Assembly: GCA_024704765.1 (NCBI GenBank)
Contig: JAKMXF010000312.1
Span: 124,001 to 188,000 of the forward strand
Length of the DNA: 64,000 bases
Direction of reading: 5' to 3'
Origin: Oopsacas minuta
Taxonomy: Eukaryota > Animalia > Porifera
Below are positions 10,595 through 31,126 of this stretch, in pieces. The notes under the pieces were generated by a model. That model made no database searches and was not told where the DNA came from. It was given only the letters and a program-made list of their open reading frames with translations. A program made the translations under genes and the position numbers. How positions within the stretch are numbered: the stretch's first letter is position 1; each line of letters starts with the position of its first letter.

Positions 10595-13500
10595 ATGTCT
10601 GATGATAGAATTTTGAGTAAGAGGAGTCAGTCGATTCCTACGTCTTACGATAAAATGAAGTCAATAGCTGGATGCTATGATCTGGAAGATACTATAGGTG
10701 ATTATTGTTATTATTGTTTACGGATAGTCAACTCCTGTTATAGCGAAGTCTGAATTGTACAATATGGTTCCTTGAGCTTCTGTATAACAGGAGTTGACCC
10801 CAGCGTTTCCCACAGTATTTTTGGGATTGAGTGGGCCTCTCTCGCTTATACACGTCTACCCTATGCATAGTGCCTTAACGCAGGTAGATATTCTAACCGC
10901 GTCATTCAGCGGCACGTTAATTGACGTGTAAATTGATATACCATCCAAAAGGGGGACAATTTCGCCACATTCCAACGGGCCATGATGCCCGAATCGCAGC
11001 CAAGTGACAAACATATATGCAACCAGTGTTTCCCCAAAGCTAGTCGCATAACCACCTCTAAATAACTTGTACATTCATTGACCAATAGAATATCAGCCTG
11101 TAATACTCTGATAGTTCCAATTAATTCCCTATATCCATAGTCCAATAATACATAATCAGTAATGCATTCTTAACCTCTAGGAGAAGGACATTTTGGTGTA
11201 GTTAAACGCGCCAGACACGTGTTCACAGGTCAGAGAGTAGCAGTTAAGGTTATTGACAAGACTAAGCTGTATAACAGATCTGATGCTAAGGAGGCTAAGG
11301 AACAGCTGGTACAGGAAGTACAGTGTATGAAGCTTGTTAAGCATACTAATGTTGTAACATTATATCAGGTGATTAGCAATATATATATTATGACACTTCC
11401 AAATCTTTCTATAGTAACATTTCATTTTTGGTATCCATAGTCCATAAATTTCCTAAAATTACAAATGCACCTATTCCAATCCTTTTATACTCCCCAGTAA
11501 TCCTATCAACTAATCGAATTAGGTTATAGACACCAACAACAGACTATACCTCATCCTAGAGCTTGGTACAGGCGGTGATCTCTACGATTTTATCCAAAAG
11601 AAGTATCCGCAGGGAATGAAAGAAAAGAAAGACTTAGAGTTCGCTAAGAAGATTTTCCTACAGATTGTGAATGCAATTAAGTATTGCCATGACTTACATA
11701 TTGTACATAGAGATTTGAAGCCAGAAAATATTGTATTTTTCGCTCACGATTTGGTTAAACTCACTGATTTCGGTCTTTCAGCTAACTGTAGGCCTGGACA
11801 GAAGTTGTTGACGTTATGTGGGTCTCTGGAGTATTCGGCTCCTGAGATATTCTTTGGAGAGTCTTACGATGGTCCTGCAGTTGGTAAGTTGTTGTTGTTG
11901 TTGTTGTTGTTTTAGAAACATTTTAATTCAAATTTGGATTGCTGGATCAGAAAATTATGTTACTATTGTCCAACGGTTCCCAACCTGTTCTCCATGGACC
12001 CTTTAGAGGTTCACGGACGACAACAGGGGGACGACTTATTGCCACCTCTTATATCCGACACAATTATCACGCTCTATATTCTATTACTTGTATTTAGATG
12101 TATGGAGTATGGGAGTACTGCTATACATGATGCTAGTAGGAAGATCACCATTTGCTGCTGGTAATGATAATGAAACTCTAATTAATATCATGGATGAGAA
12201 GTACTATACACCTGATTACATACCAGCTGCCTGTAAAAGGTATTTCCAGAGTTATCAAATACAGTAAATGCCGATATAAGAATCATAACTCGATTTACCG
12301 AATCTTTTGTATCTTACTCCATTGAATTTTTACCGGTTATAAGAACATTATGTCCAGTTCCCGAAGATGTTCTTATAACCGCTATATTCCTATAAATGGT
12401 GTGCTTCTAAGTGATACCAATTGGGTTTGACATGTATTTCACACTTCAAATTGGACTTATGAATCACTTGCCAATTGTCCACTTCACACATTTGTGGATT
12501 GACATGTATCCTCTGAATAGTAGGTGTTAAGTATTTACATTCGTGTTTTTGTTTATTTTTCAGATTGTTAAAAAGAATGATAGTCAGGGATGTACACAAT
12601 AGATGCACTGTCTCAGATATTCTAACATCTGATTGGTTAAAAGACGTGCCACTTTCTAAACAGATGCCATTAATAGCTAAAGTCAGAGACTTGTCGAAAG
12701 AGGACAAACTCGTAATTATACAACAGATGGAAGAAGGAAATTTTGGGAGCAAAGACAGCATTCTTAAGTGAGTTATCGTTGCTAGGATAAGACTCCGAAT
12801 AGCATCCATGGTCCAAAATATTTTCCCTGCTCTAATTGCAACTGAAACCAATTAATGCCTTATAGTGAGTGTTGTCACTTGCCTAGTTGTTCATATTGTC
12901 CATTTTCTATAACCAGGATGTTCTTTAACAGCCACTTTTCCCTGTCACAATTATTGACACCTTGATATAATTCTATATTTAGACATTTAGTTGAACATCC
13001 ATACAGCCACTTATCTGCCACATACTACATACTGGCCGAAAAATTCCTGAGAAGAAAGCAGGCATTTAATTCTTCAATTAGAAAGAAGAAAGTTACATAC
13101 CAAGAGTCCGTAACTTCTTCTGGATCTGAAGATGATGTAGAAAGAGTATTGCAAAGGTAAATAAGCGTTGCTAGGATGGAAACTGTAATAAAATTCCCTA
13201 AATATTCACTTAGCTATTATTTGTCGTAATTATTTACTTGTTTCTTTAGAAAAATGGATTTCCCCTCTCCAGCAGGTCAATCAACTCTTCCTACAGTATT
13301 TGAGACTAAGCACGGAGCAGCTGAGACAGGAGTACTAAGAAAGAGGAACCTCGAACTAATACCCACTGTACCACCTACTAGACAGAAGAACACTCCAGAT
13401 GATACATACAGAGACATGTGGGCTAAGCCTGTTAAAGAGGTGTCAATTGTGGAGAGTAACAGCTTTAGATCTCCAACTAAAAGTAGGTTTCAGAGGGACA

Positions 13501-14617
13501 TAGGGAACCGTTAGCCCTGTCATATACCGTTAAAATACAACATTCCATCACAATATTATCATTACTATAATTGGCATTTAGCTTCACTTCGACAAAACTG
13601 GAATTGACGTATGTATATACAAGTGTTGAAATGTGTCGCCATTTAGATGCCTCACCAGTCCGTGACAATGTCAAAGTGGCAGGGAGATTAAGTCTACCCC
13701 CAGAGGGCACAAACTTCTGCATTCCTGAGATTGGAGAGTCAGATTTAGACACCCTATCTGGAGGTGACGATAGCGTGTGTAGAGGACACAGCACCAATTC
13801 TAATTTGAGTACCAACCGATATCACGCCAAGAGCATTCCATCACTCAATTTACCGCAAGTTTCCATGGATGAGTTGTCTGGTTAGTTGCATATTTTCACA
13901 CCTTTTTGAGGCTATTTCTGCATATTTACATACAGTAGACACCGCTCAATAGGGTCACATAGTTCAAGAACTAATATTTAGGTGTTACTTATGTAATTAA
14001 TCATATGATTAATAGCTAGCTCTGATAACGAGGACTTAACCAACTTAACAGAGATCGCATTTGGACCAGGATTAATACCGTCTAGAGATGATCTCAATCT
14101 CCCGATAAGAAGACTGCCGAGTGAGAACCCGATCCGCAGGATGAGTTCAGGTGACATGGACGATGAACTTCACCTCACCAGGGCCAGCGCTAAGCGAAAA
14201 CGTCCGTTTTACAAAATTTCGAATCACAATACACTCCCAAAATGCAAATCATCAAATGATAAGAACAAGAAACACCCAGATATTAGGAAAGAACTCCATC
14301 TACAGGGGGCGATTGGTACAGATCCAGCCAGGAGACCGCCACGGCCACTTAGCACATGCAACCCAGGGTTCCAACGAATGGAGTCCCCAATTGTGATAAA
14401 GGTACAATCACAATTGGGCCAATTTGACACGTTGGTTTGTCCCGGGACACCCAAATCTAAATCCTATCCCAGCGCTCTTTCTGAATATAACAGTCCAAGT
14501 AATTCACCAGTGAAGAAAAATGGTAACAAGAGGGAAGCTGAAATAAAAATGACAACTTCTGTTACCTTGTTAAGTCAAGGCCGCAAAAAACATAGAATAA
14601 GGTGTAGTCTGCTGTAA
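10595..14617 (+). CDS. SNRK: SNF-related serine/threonine kinase (multi-exon, kinase + UBA-like + long tail)
   Basis: [14 protein letters not shown]|[28 protein letters not shown]...[12 protein letters not shown]...VKLTDFG...[10 protein letters not shown] closely follows SNRK; tail exons splice in phase to the stop at 14617. Confidence 0.9.
10727..10798. mobile_element. 72-bp internally deleted MITE in SNRK intron 1
   Basis: Perfect 16-bp inverted repeat GTCAACTCCTGTTATA / TATAACAGGAGTTGAC; same family as 53003-53154. Confidence 0.75.
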
Positions 14618-15000
14618 TTGAATTATTGGATACTGTATTTATATTAAATGCAAATATGTAGTTTTATATTGTGCCTATTCGTCTCATGGAGGAAAGGTGT
14701 CATGTGACACTTGGATTCTCTGAGCCATCATATTTTAAATCACCATGGTAACAAGAAAAATGTAAAATATCTACTTCGATCACAAATCAAAAATTTATAT
14801 TTTCCTGGACCAGATGTTCCCTCCTGGACACTCCTGGGGGCTTATAGCTCCCCTAGACCCCTTTTCAGGAACGTGTCCCTTCCCCCAAAGTGTTCTTAAC
14901 CACCTGCCATAATGGATACCAGATGGTTACATTGGAATTTCGGTTTTAAGAGATATTGTAATTGTTGATTGTTTGTATATAGTATTTCTAATTAGAATTA

Positions 15001-15788
15001 ATGGGGAGGAGACCAGCAAGGTGTTATCGGTATTGTAAGAACAAACCCTACCCTAAGTCCCGTTACTGCAGAGGGGTACCCGATGCAAAGATCCGTATAT
15101 ACGATATGGGTGCTAAAAAGACCCCTGTAGCCTTATTCCCGTTATGTATCCATCTATTGAGTGATGAATATGAGCAAATAAGTTCTGAAGCTTTAGAAGC
15201 TGCGAGAATTTGTGCTAATAAATACATGGTTAAGCACTGCGGAAAAGATCAGTTCCATTTGAGGATTAGACTACACCCATTCCATGTGTTGAGGATTAAT
15301 AAGATGTTATCATGTGCTGGAGCTGACAGGTAAGTGTTTGTTTGTTTGTTGTTCGCGTACTTTTGATGTATATAGGTGTTAAGATTAATCATATGCCTAA
15401 TCTAGACTGCAGACCGGGATGAGAGGAGCATTTGGTAAACCAATAGGTACAGTAGCCCGCGTGAATATAAGACAGGTCATGATGTCTATAAGAACTAAAC
15501 CAGCATTTGAGAGCAGCGCTATTGAGGCGTTCAGGCGGGCAAAGTTCAAATTTCCTGGTAAGCATTATTGATGGGACCATTTTCATCAAAATATTTTGTT
15601 TGTCACTTTCAGGGCGCCAAAAGATAGTGGTCTCCAACAAGCATGGGTTCACAAAATACACTCCAGAGGAGTACGAAGAAGGAATAAGGACTAGGACCCT
15701 GACCAAGGATGGTGTCAATGTCCAATACCATGGAGAAAAGGGGCCGTTCAAGAACTGGTTGAAACGTATGCACATTCCAGAGAGCTAG
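15001..15788 (+). CDS. RPL10: 60S ribosomal protein L10 (uL16), 3 exons
   Basis: [21 protein letters not shown]...MLSCAGADR|[12 protein letters not shown]; introns ~15330-15402 and ~15559-15611. Confidence 0.98.
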
Positions 15789-15933
15789 ACTGGTTGTTAG
15801 GGATGAATATTAGGAATTAGAGATTATTAGTATTGTGTTAATTAGTTGATTATACTAAAATAGTTACCCAATCAGATTTAAGGGTTTGACTTTAATTTTG
15901 TGTAATATAATTCAAGATATTTATAGAATATTT

Positions 15934-23747
<7,814 letters not shown>

Positions 23748-23965
23748 TATCAAAAGCGAGCTACCTCACTCAAGACGATCAGCTGTTGATAATATTTAGA
23801 ATTTTTCAAGTTCATAAAATTGAGAATTTGTTATAGCAAATAATTCTTATATTATTATTAAATATATGAGAATTTGCTTTAACGAATTTGAAGGTGGCTA
23901 GAAGGGTGGCAAAAAGTGTCGCAATTACGATAGCGCGCCCGCCAAATTCGTTACAACTAAAAAAT

Positions 23966-24790
23966 CTACACATGTTTATTAGCTGATAGAGAATCGTTAA
24001 TACACAAACTTGCTCCGTCTTCCAACAGCTGTACCACGATTGAACATATATTCCTGGTGTCATCAATCCCAGAATGTGGTTCTCCGATAAATTTCTGTCC
24101 CAAACATTCCAACATATAACTAATACCTCCACGCAACCCGTAGTATCTAGAAAAATGTTTCCTCACGTTAACCCATTTTGTGGCGTACCACGGATATTCA
24201 AGGTGTGAAAATTCACACTGTGGCCTCAAGAATTTGAAGAAATCCCAAGGACCGTCTGTCGCGAAGGCGAACGGCACTTTTCTAGCCACCACATTCTCGT
24301 AAACCCATTTATCTACAAGTGGCAGGAGTTCCACAAAAGTTGGAGCTGTATCCACTTTGTCCTGTGATATTCCTGTATAATCCACGCAAAACTTAGTCAA
24401 TTTTGGGTTCAAAATTGGCCTACAAAATGAATGAAACTCCTTTTCTACTTTTAAGGTTTGTGTGTTCAATAATAAAATCGGAAATTCTATAACTTCATGC
24501 TGCCATCCAAGTGGTTTGGGACTTTCACAAGTACATTCAAAATCTAATACAAGTAGATATGGTAATTGTGACTTGGGTGGCGCGGTGATGTGTCTTGGGA
24601 TGATACTCTTGGCGCGTTTTTTTAAGATTTCAATGCAACCGTTTGGTGATTTGGAATGCGATTCGAGGAATATTTTTAGCTCTTCTAATTCCAAATTGTT
24701 TATGTCTGAACAGATGTGATGATAGTTCTTTTGGAAATCTATAACTTGTTTTTGTTTATTGGGTTTGTTTGTATCATAACGTGAAGCCAT
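23966..24790 (-). CDS. ERI1: ERI1-like 3'-5' exoribonuclease (SAP-like + DEDDh), likely start MASRY at 24790
   Basis: LLVLDFECTCE...HEVIEFP...FATDGPWDF...HSGIDDTRNI, preceded by a SAP-like segment (INNLELEELK...ILKKR). Confidence 0.85.
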   Translation of the reverse strand: MASRYDTNKPNKQKQVIDFQKNYHHICSDINNLELEELKIFLESHSKSPNGCIEILKKRAKSIIPRHITAPPKSQLPYLLVLDFECTCESPKPLGWQHEVIEFPILLLNTQTLKVEKEFHSFCRPILNPKLTKFCVDYTGISQDKVDTAPTFVELLPLVDKWVYENVVARKVPFAFATDGPWDFFKFLRPQCEFSHLEYPWYATKWVNVRKHFSRYYGLRGGISYMLECLGQKFIGEPHSGIDDTRNICSIVVQLLEDGASLCINDSLSANKHV

Positions 24791-25015
24791 ATAGCTAATG
24801 AACAAATAAATAAACAAGAAAATGTGTTCACACTTTTCACCTCTGGCTACTGTAATACAAATTTGGTGTTTGTGGAGGACTGCTGTCGTCCGTGGACACC
24901 CATGGCTGCCCTAGGGTAGAGACAATGGTGATTCGGGGACCCTAGAGTATAGCGTTTGTTTATGCTTCATTTTTAAGATATTAACACTTCAACAACAAAA
25001 TACACATAACAATAA

Positions 25016-25828
25016 TCAACAATTGCTTTCATGTTTCATACGTTTAGGACTGCCAATGGTATTAGTTAAATTCTTAATTCTCTTCTTAGAGATATCTTTG
25101 GATGTTTGGAATGTGACAGGTCGTAGCTTTTCTATTTCTTGAAAATTGAGTTTGTTTTTGAGTGAATATATTGTGTAGGTGTTTGTTTGTATTTTCATTT
25201 TATTCTGTTTCGATTTTGAAATTAGTTCTTCCATTTCTGAACCATTTTTATCAGACAACACCTGTTTTATTTCATCTACAGTGACACTAATGTTGTCGCT
25301 AATTGTGTCGCCAACTACTGCCACATTCAAAAGTGGCTTCGTGTCAATATTAATCACATTTTCATGGTAACATTTAAGTTTCACGTCCACTTTAGAAAGT
25401 GGTCGATTTAAACGCCACTTATAATAATATTGAATTATTCTAGGAAGTGGCATATGTGATAAATAATCTGATTGGATGGAATCAAAATTTTTACCAAATT
25501 CTTGTAAGCCCAATTCAAAATTGTTCTCATCAGCTGTTGACCAATTTTTCCCGCTCTTTTCTAATTCCATCGTTAATTCGCGTTTCACACTTTCGATATT
25601 ATAATTATTTCTAAAAACAGATTCTAAGATAATTTGCCTTGAAAATCCGAGTTTGAAATATTCCTGCGTTACCATCGTAATGTCTGGAATGTTGTCTGTA
25701 GGTGGCGCCCATAATAGTGTTGATTTTGATTTTCTTGAATAATCTATCTGGTAACTAGGGAGAGAGGCTTGGTATGTAGGTCCTATTCGTATTTCTCTCG
25801 AATTGGATTGGTTTGGCGATAGTGACAT
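25016..25828 (-). CDS. ELM2-SANT corepressor-type protein (RCOR/MIER-like)
   Basis: EIRIGPTYQASLP...LLWAP (ELM2); WSTADENNFELGLQEFGKNFDSIQ...IIQYYYKW (SANT). Confidence 0.85.
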   Translation of the reverse strand: MSLSPNQSNSREIRIGPTYQASLPSYQIDYSRKSKSTLLWAPPTDNIPDITMVTQEYFKLGFSRQIILESVFRNNYNIESVKRELTMELEKSGKNWSTADENNFELGLQEFGKNFDSIQSDYLSHMPLPRIIQYYYKWRLNRPLSKVDVKLKCYHENVINIDTKPLLNVAVVGDTISDNISVTVDEIKQVLSDKNGSEMEELISKSKQNKMKIQTNTYTIYSLKNKLNFQEIEKLRPVTFQTSKDISKKRIKNLTNTIGSPKRMKHESNC

Positions 25829-26034
25829 TCAATCTTAAAAAGGCGTTAAAATATAATACAATAGAATATTTAAGCTAAAGAGAGATGGCCCTTAATTAAG
25901 TACTTCCCAACCTTTTCACCCGTGAACCCTCGAGGGGTCCATGTATCCTAATGGAAACCTAATTAGTAACCATAGCAACGTAAAATATTTGAAATATTAT
26001 AATTCATTGTTAATAAACAAAATAAATCATTCAC

Positions 26035-26682
26035 TCAATCTGCTCTCTCCTCACTCGATATCGAATCGGATCGCTCACTGCTCCGAGATGATTCTGTTTG
26101 CTCCTCAATCATCTCCTCGGGTGTGGTGTTAAATTGTGTCCCTGGAAGTGGCACATAAGGTGGCATATGTTGATGGAACTCTGGATGACCTGGCATAGTT
26201 CCAGATCCCATCGGATTCGCCATCTGTAAAAATTTATTATATTCTTCTTGCTCATTTTGAATATGTTCCATCCTTGCTTTCTCAAACATCTCCATTTGTT
26301 CCCTCTGGAGTTCCTCTTGGGTCTTGCCACTTGTGTCCACCTTCGGTTGAGACTTTTTCTTCTTATAAGTGTCCTTGAATTCTGCGTATGCTTGTGTCAC
26401 ATCCTGCACGTACTCATTGAATCCTAGATTCTTCAAAGATTGTATTACATGATCGGGGGTAATAAGTGTATGTGCCTTCTTAGACTTTTCAGCAAGTTCA
26501 TTTGCTTCAGTAGACACTACGTGAATGAATTCAGAGCAACAGTTTATTATCAGATCTTTGGATTCCTTTGCTACTTTAGTGTCGGGAAGAATCTCTTTAA
26601 TCATGTTATTAACCGTTAGACGTGGTAACCCTGGTTCATCTTCTATTCCTCTCTCAACCATATCGAAATCGTAAGATGCCAT
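26035..26682 (-). CDS. DR1: Negative cofactor 2 beta (Dr1), histone-fold protein
   Basis: LPRLTVNNMIKEILP...VAKESKDLIINCCSEFIHVVSTEANE...ITPDHVIQSLKNLGF...EELQREQMEMFEKAR. Confidence 0.92.
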   Translation of the reverse strand: MASYDFDMVERGIEDEPGLPRLTVNNMIKEILPDTKVAKESKDLIINCCSEFIHVVSTEANELAEKSKKAHTLITPDHVIQSLKNLGFNEYVQDVTQAYAEFKDTYKKKKSQPKVDTSGKTQEELQREQMEMFEKARMEHIQNEQEEYNKFLQMANPMGSGTMPGHPEFHQHMPPYVPLPGTQFNTTPEEMIEEQTESSRSSERSDSISSEERAD

Positions 26683-27146
26683 ACTAATTATGTTACTAAA
26701 TTTAGACATGCAACCAACTTCCGTTATATCAAAATACCCGCGTATTTAATAACAGATATTCAAAGCATATATCCAAATAATTATCACGGCCCCTTGAGCT
26801 TCGATACAACGGAGTATTGACTGTAATATGGACACTGGAATTTCGCCGAAGGAACAGAAGATTTTCCTGAATTTAGTTATATCGCAAAACTAACATCTTA
26901 ACTTAATTTACATGTGACAATCTCTGCATTAGGAGGATCAAAGATAGGCCAATCGCCCCCATGGGTTTGGCGCCAAGTTTTATAAATGAGAATTCCTAAA
27001 CTAACCTAACAAATAAAGGGTTACGCGGTATTGGAATTAATTTGAATAGGAAAGAATTGGTAAAATTGAATGGAATAACTAACTCAATAGACAAATAGGT
27101 AGATTACAATTATAAATAGAGCAAGAATCGTATAGCATTGCTAATT

Positions 27147-28145
27147 ATGGCAGAACCACTTCAAAACACACAGATTGAAGAGGGAAAATTACGGATTGCT
27201 CCACCTAATAAATTAATCCCAACCACGCAAGAAGAATTGTGCCAACTGGAGTCTGAAATACGACAAGCAATCGACCAAACCATTGAATTCCAGAAAAACA
27301 TCAAAAATGTTCCAAAGGTCCCAATTCCTACAATACCCGCTCGGCTGATAAAAGTCACAGACCTCACAGAAAACCCGTTTATACCAAAATTGAGCTCTGC
27401 TATCAAACCGCCATATAGTTATGTAGCATTGATAACAATGGCAATAGAAAGCAAGGAAGATAAGCAAATTACATTGAATGGTATCTACGAGTATATTATG
27501 GAAAACTTCGAGTATTACAATCTCAGGGAAAACCAAGGATGGAAAAATTCCATACGGCATAATCTGTCGCTACACGAATGTTTTATTAAACTACAAGTTA
27601 AAGGAGGGAAATCGGGGAAATCGCATTTTTGGACGCTGGACATGAAAAATGAGGTTATATTCGAAGAGGGTAACTATAAGAGACGGCGTAGACGGCCGGT
27701 TAAGCGGCCACAGAGCAACCCGGGTGAAAACGGTGAGATTGACGAAATGGGGATGTATATCGGCGAACCTTCAAGCAGATTTTCTGAATACTACCAGAAT
27801 CTATTCGCCGGACAAGCAGGAGAGATCTCCCCCACCAATAACACCCCCCAAATAGAAGATATAGCTTCACCTTATCATATGGATAGTGCATTGTATTCAA
27901 ACTCACTGCAATTCTATCATCAAAACTATCCGAATCCCTATTACCCATATTTCCCATATGACACCTCATCATATGCACATTTACTACATAACTCTAAACC
28001 AAAAGACCCGCGTTTAATGTTCCCACACCCCAAAAACAACAGTTATACTTCAGAAGAGGGAAGTTCACCAGAAGTGAAGAACGATATTCTATCACCGACA
28101 GTATTCACTTGGCCTGAAACAGCTTATGCACACGAATTACAGTAA
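27147..28145 (+). CDS. FOXL2: Forkhead transcription factor, FoxL2-like, intronless
   Basis: [14 protein letters not shown]...[17 protein letters not shown]...[13 protein letters not shown]; the MFEKGNYRRRRR-like end points to FoxL2. The forkhead domain is certain, the subfamily is probable. Confidence 0.75.
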   Translation: MAEPLQNTQIEEGKLRIAPPNKLIPTTQEELCQLESEIRQAIDQTIEFQKNIKNVPKVPIPTIPARLIKVTDLTENPFIPKLSSAIKPPYSYVALITMAIESKEDKQITLNGIYEYIMENFEYYNLRENQGWKNSIRHNLSLHECFIKLQVKGGKSGKSHFWTLDMKNEVIFEEGNYKRRRRRPVKRPQSNPGENGEIDEMGMYIGEPSSRFSEYYQNLFAGQAGEISPTNNTPQIEDIASPYHMDSALYSNSLQFYHQNYPNPYYPYFPYDTSSYAHLLHNSKPKDPRLMFPHPKNNSYTSEEGSSPEVKNDILSPTVFTWPETAYAHELQ

Positions 28146-28273
28146 CCTGGACACTTGAAGAGAGCATATTTATTATCCCTAGTTTTATACTGAATACATT
28201 CATGTCAGCCATAATTATTGATTATACGGATATTCATATTTGTGTATTGAGAATTCTAAGTTAAATATTCTGA

Positions 28274-28650
<377 letters not shown>

Positions 28651-29687
28651 TTCATATACTCGAAGTCCATATGTACCCATAGAATTCCCATGACACCTGA
28701 TTTGAGGATTTGCTAAAGAAATCGAGGCTGGAATTCTAATCTAAATTGTTTGTATTTGACACTTGTAAACAATTAACAAATAATAAATCTGTTTACAATT
28801 GTCACTTTTCTCAAATAAAGGTTTTTATTAAATAACAAAAGAGTTAAGAAATGCTATTTTAATCTAGAAGCCCTGGAATGCAAGAACAATTAAACTTATC
28901 AATCAACACCTAATTATGCTATAAATATTCATTGATTAGCGCCCATTACTTGCCACCGTCCCGCCAAAACTTGCCAATTATTATGAAATGTCCCACATTT
29001 TTTGAAGGCAAGACTAACACTAATAAGTTATATCCCGCCGAATTACACAATTGCCCGCGTTTTTCTTCACTATCGCGCCCAGTAAGATCACATTCCAACA
29101 ACACAAAAGTATATCTCATGAAACCATTATAATTCAAATTTCGGTACCTGCCCAGTAAAATATTTGTGAATTGACTGATTGAAGTTTGTAGATAAAATTA
29201 TATTTTATCTACAAACTTATCTGACTTAATTATGAGTTCACACGTTTGTACTTGGCTCTGCCGCGGCCTATAGGTTTCTGTTCTGTTACCTAAACAAGTA
29301 AATAAATAAATAAATACAAACAAACAACTTATTTAGACTTCAAAGCAAATGACAATCTGAAGAATTCGATGTTTATTCACGATAATTGGGACACCGGACA
29401 ATTTGTACCTTGTCATCAGAAATCCGATCTATCAAGACTTATGCTACGTGTTCATTTATCAACTTTAAAAGGCAACCATTATATTTATACAAATTTCATA
29501 GTTATACACTCTTAAGGTTAAAATATGAATTATTTTGTTATTATTTGTCTTTTTGAAGCATAGTTAATTCTGTAATTATAACTTCACACCTTTTCTAGGA
29601 TATTGCGCCACAAGATTAATCAATTTGACATTCCTAACTCAGAAATCGGTTGCTACAAATAGCTTCATCCCAGTTTCCCTGAAAAGA

Positions 29688-30198
29688 ATGGCTTCAATTG
29701 GCGCTAAACGAATCCTTGAACCCTTGGTGAGTTCAACTAATAAACAAACAAACAAATTTTATTATTATTCCTTAGGGATCATTAGACATCAATGGAAAGT
29801 ACAGGAACGAACTAGGCTCAATTATGAAAATCGATTCCAAAGAAAATGGGTTCCTTAAGGGGGTCTACAAATCAGGTGTAGGGACAGTTTACACATACCC
29901 CTTAACTGGTTCCTATGACAGAGACGGACAGGCTTTAGGCTGGGTTGTCTCTTACCAAAAGGCAAACAGCACGTGTGCATGGTCCGGTCAAATATTTGAA
30001 AATTCAAACGGTAAAGTCTGCATACACACAACCTGGCTATTGACTTCTCAAACAGCTGTGGGGGACATTTGGGGTTCTACCAATGTTGGAGTGGATGTTT
30101 TCACACGAATATCGAGTGAGGATGATCCGGTCGAAGCCTGTACAGCCCCCAAACATTGCAATATACCCGCTCATGTTTTGAAAAGTGAGAAACAGTAG
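29688..30198 (+). CDS. Avidin/streptavidin-family protein, 2 exons (29688-29726, 29776-30198), no signal peptide
   Basis: INGKYRNELGSIM...LKGVYKSGVG...LGWVVSY...STCAWSGQ...TTWLLTS...IWGSTNVGVDVFTR follows the avidin 8-strand barrel pattern. Confidence 0.9.
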
Positions 30199-30253
30199 GA
30201 ATTGACACTAAGTAGTTAACACGAATGTTATATTTGTTATATTTGTATTTTAC

Positions 30254-30899
30254 TTATATTCCCCTATACCAATTTTGTATACAATAATGGAAGTAAATAA
30301 CAACACTTACATTAGGTTCTTTAAGTGCTGTTGCTTTTATGGCACGTTCTTTGAGTAGCTTGGCTCTCCCCACCCCCTCACCACATATATCAACATCAAC
30401 ACCTGCCATATGGCTGGAATGTGGCATGGATTGTGTCACTGACTCTGAGAAAACAAGATTAGGACATGACGAGTGTCTAATTTGTTTGTTATTAGTTGGA
30501 GTATATTCTCTTATTAAACTAGTGCACGATGAAGTCCCTGAATACATGTCCTTTATACTGTGTTCATCTATATCCTAGAGTATAGCAAACAAAGTAACAA
30601 ACAAGCAAACAAACAAACAAACATAATACCTGAGGTTTCAATTGCAACTCTCCATCCCTGGTGTATGTATACTTTTTACCGGAACTAACATCTGAAACCA
30701 AAATGACGTCATTCTTAATTCTATTTTTAGATTCTAATTCCACTATTTTAAGCAGGGCACTAGGGATATAGTAATGCATGCAATTAGATTGGTCAATTCT
30801 CTTTGGTTCCAAATAGGACTGTTTTGACACTATAGATTGTCCGTTGGGTACCAAGTTGTCCTTGAATTCTATGTCCCACTCCCTCCATCGAGATGCCAT
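30254..30899 (-). CDS. Uncharacterised spliced protein (~200 aa)
   Basis: ORFs 30564-30899 and 30254-30547 join in frame through the GT-AG intron 30575-30629 (LKPQ|DIDEH); no family recognised, and the 3' end may splice again. Confidence 0.55.
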
Positions 30900-31126
30900 G
30901 TCTAGCTCAAGGTGTGAAAAATATCATATGAAGTATGATAGCCAAACACTAATTGAATTATCTATTGAAGTGTTCCCACGAGTCCAACATTTGTCCCATG
31001 TAATACTATGAATTGTACAGAAAATCTGATAAATATAATCATAACACCTAATAACTAGATACAGAACTAATAAATACGCGATAAAATACTACATTCCAAT
31101 AAACAAATCCTATCACCATAGAAACG

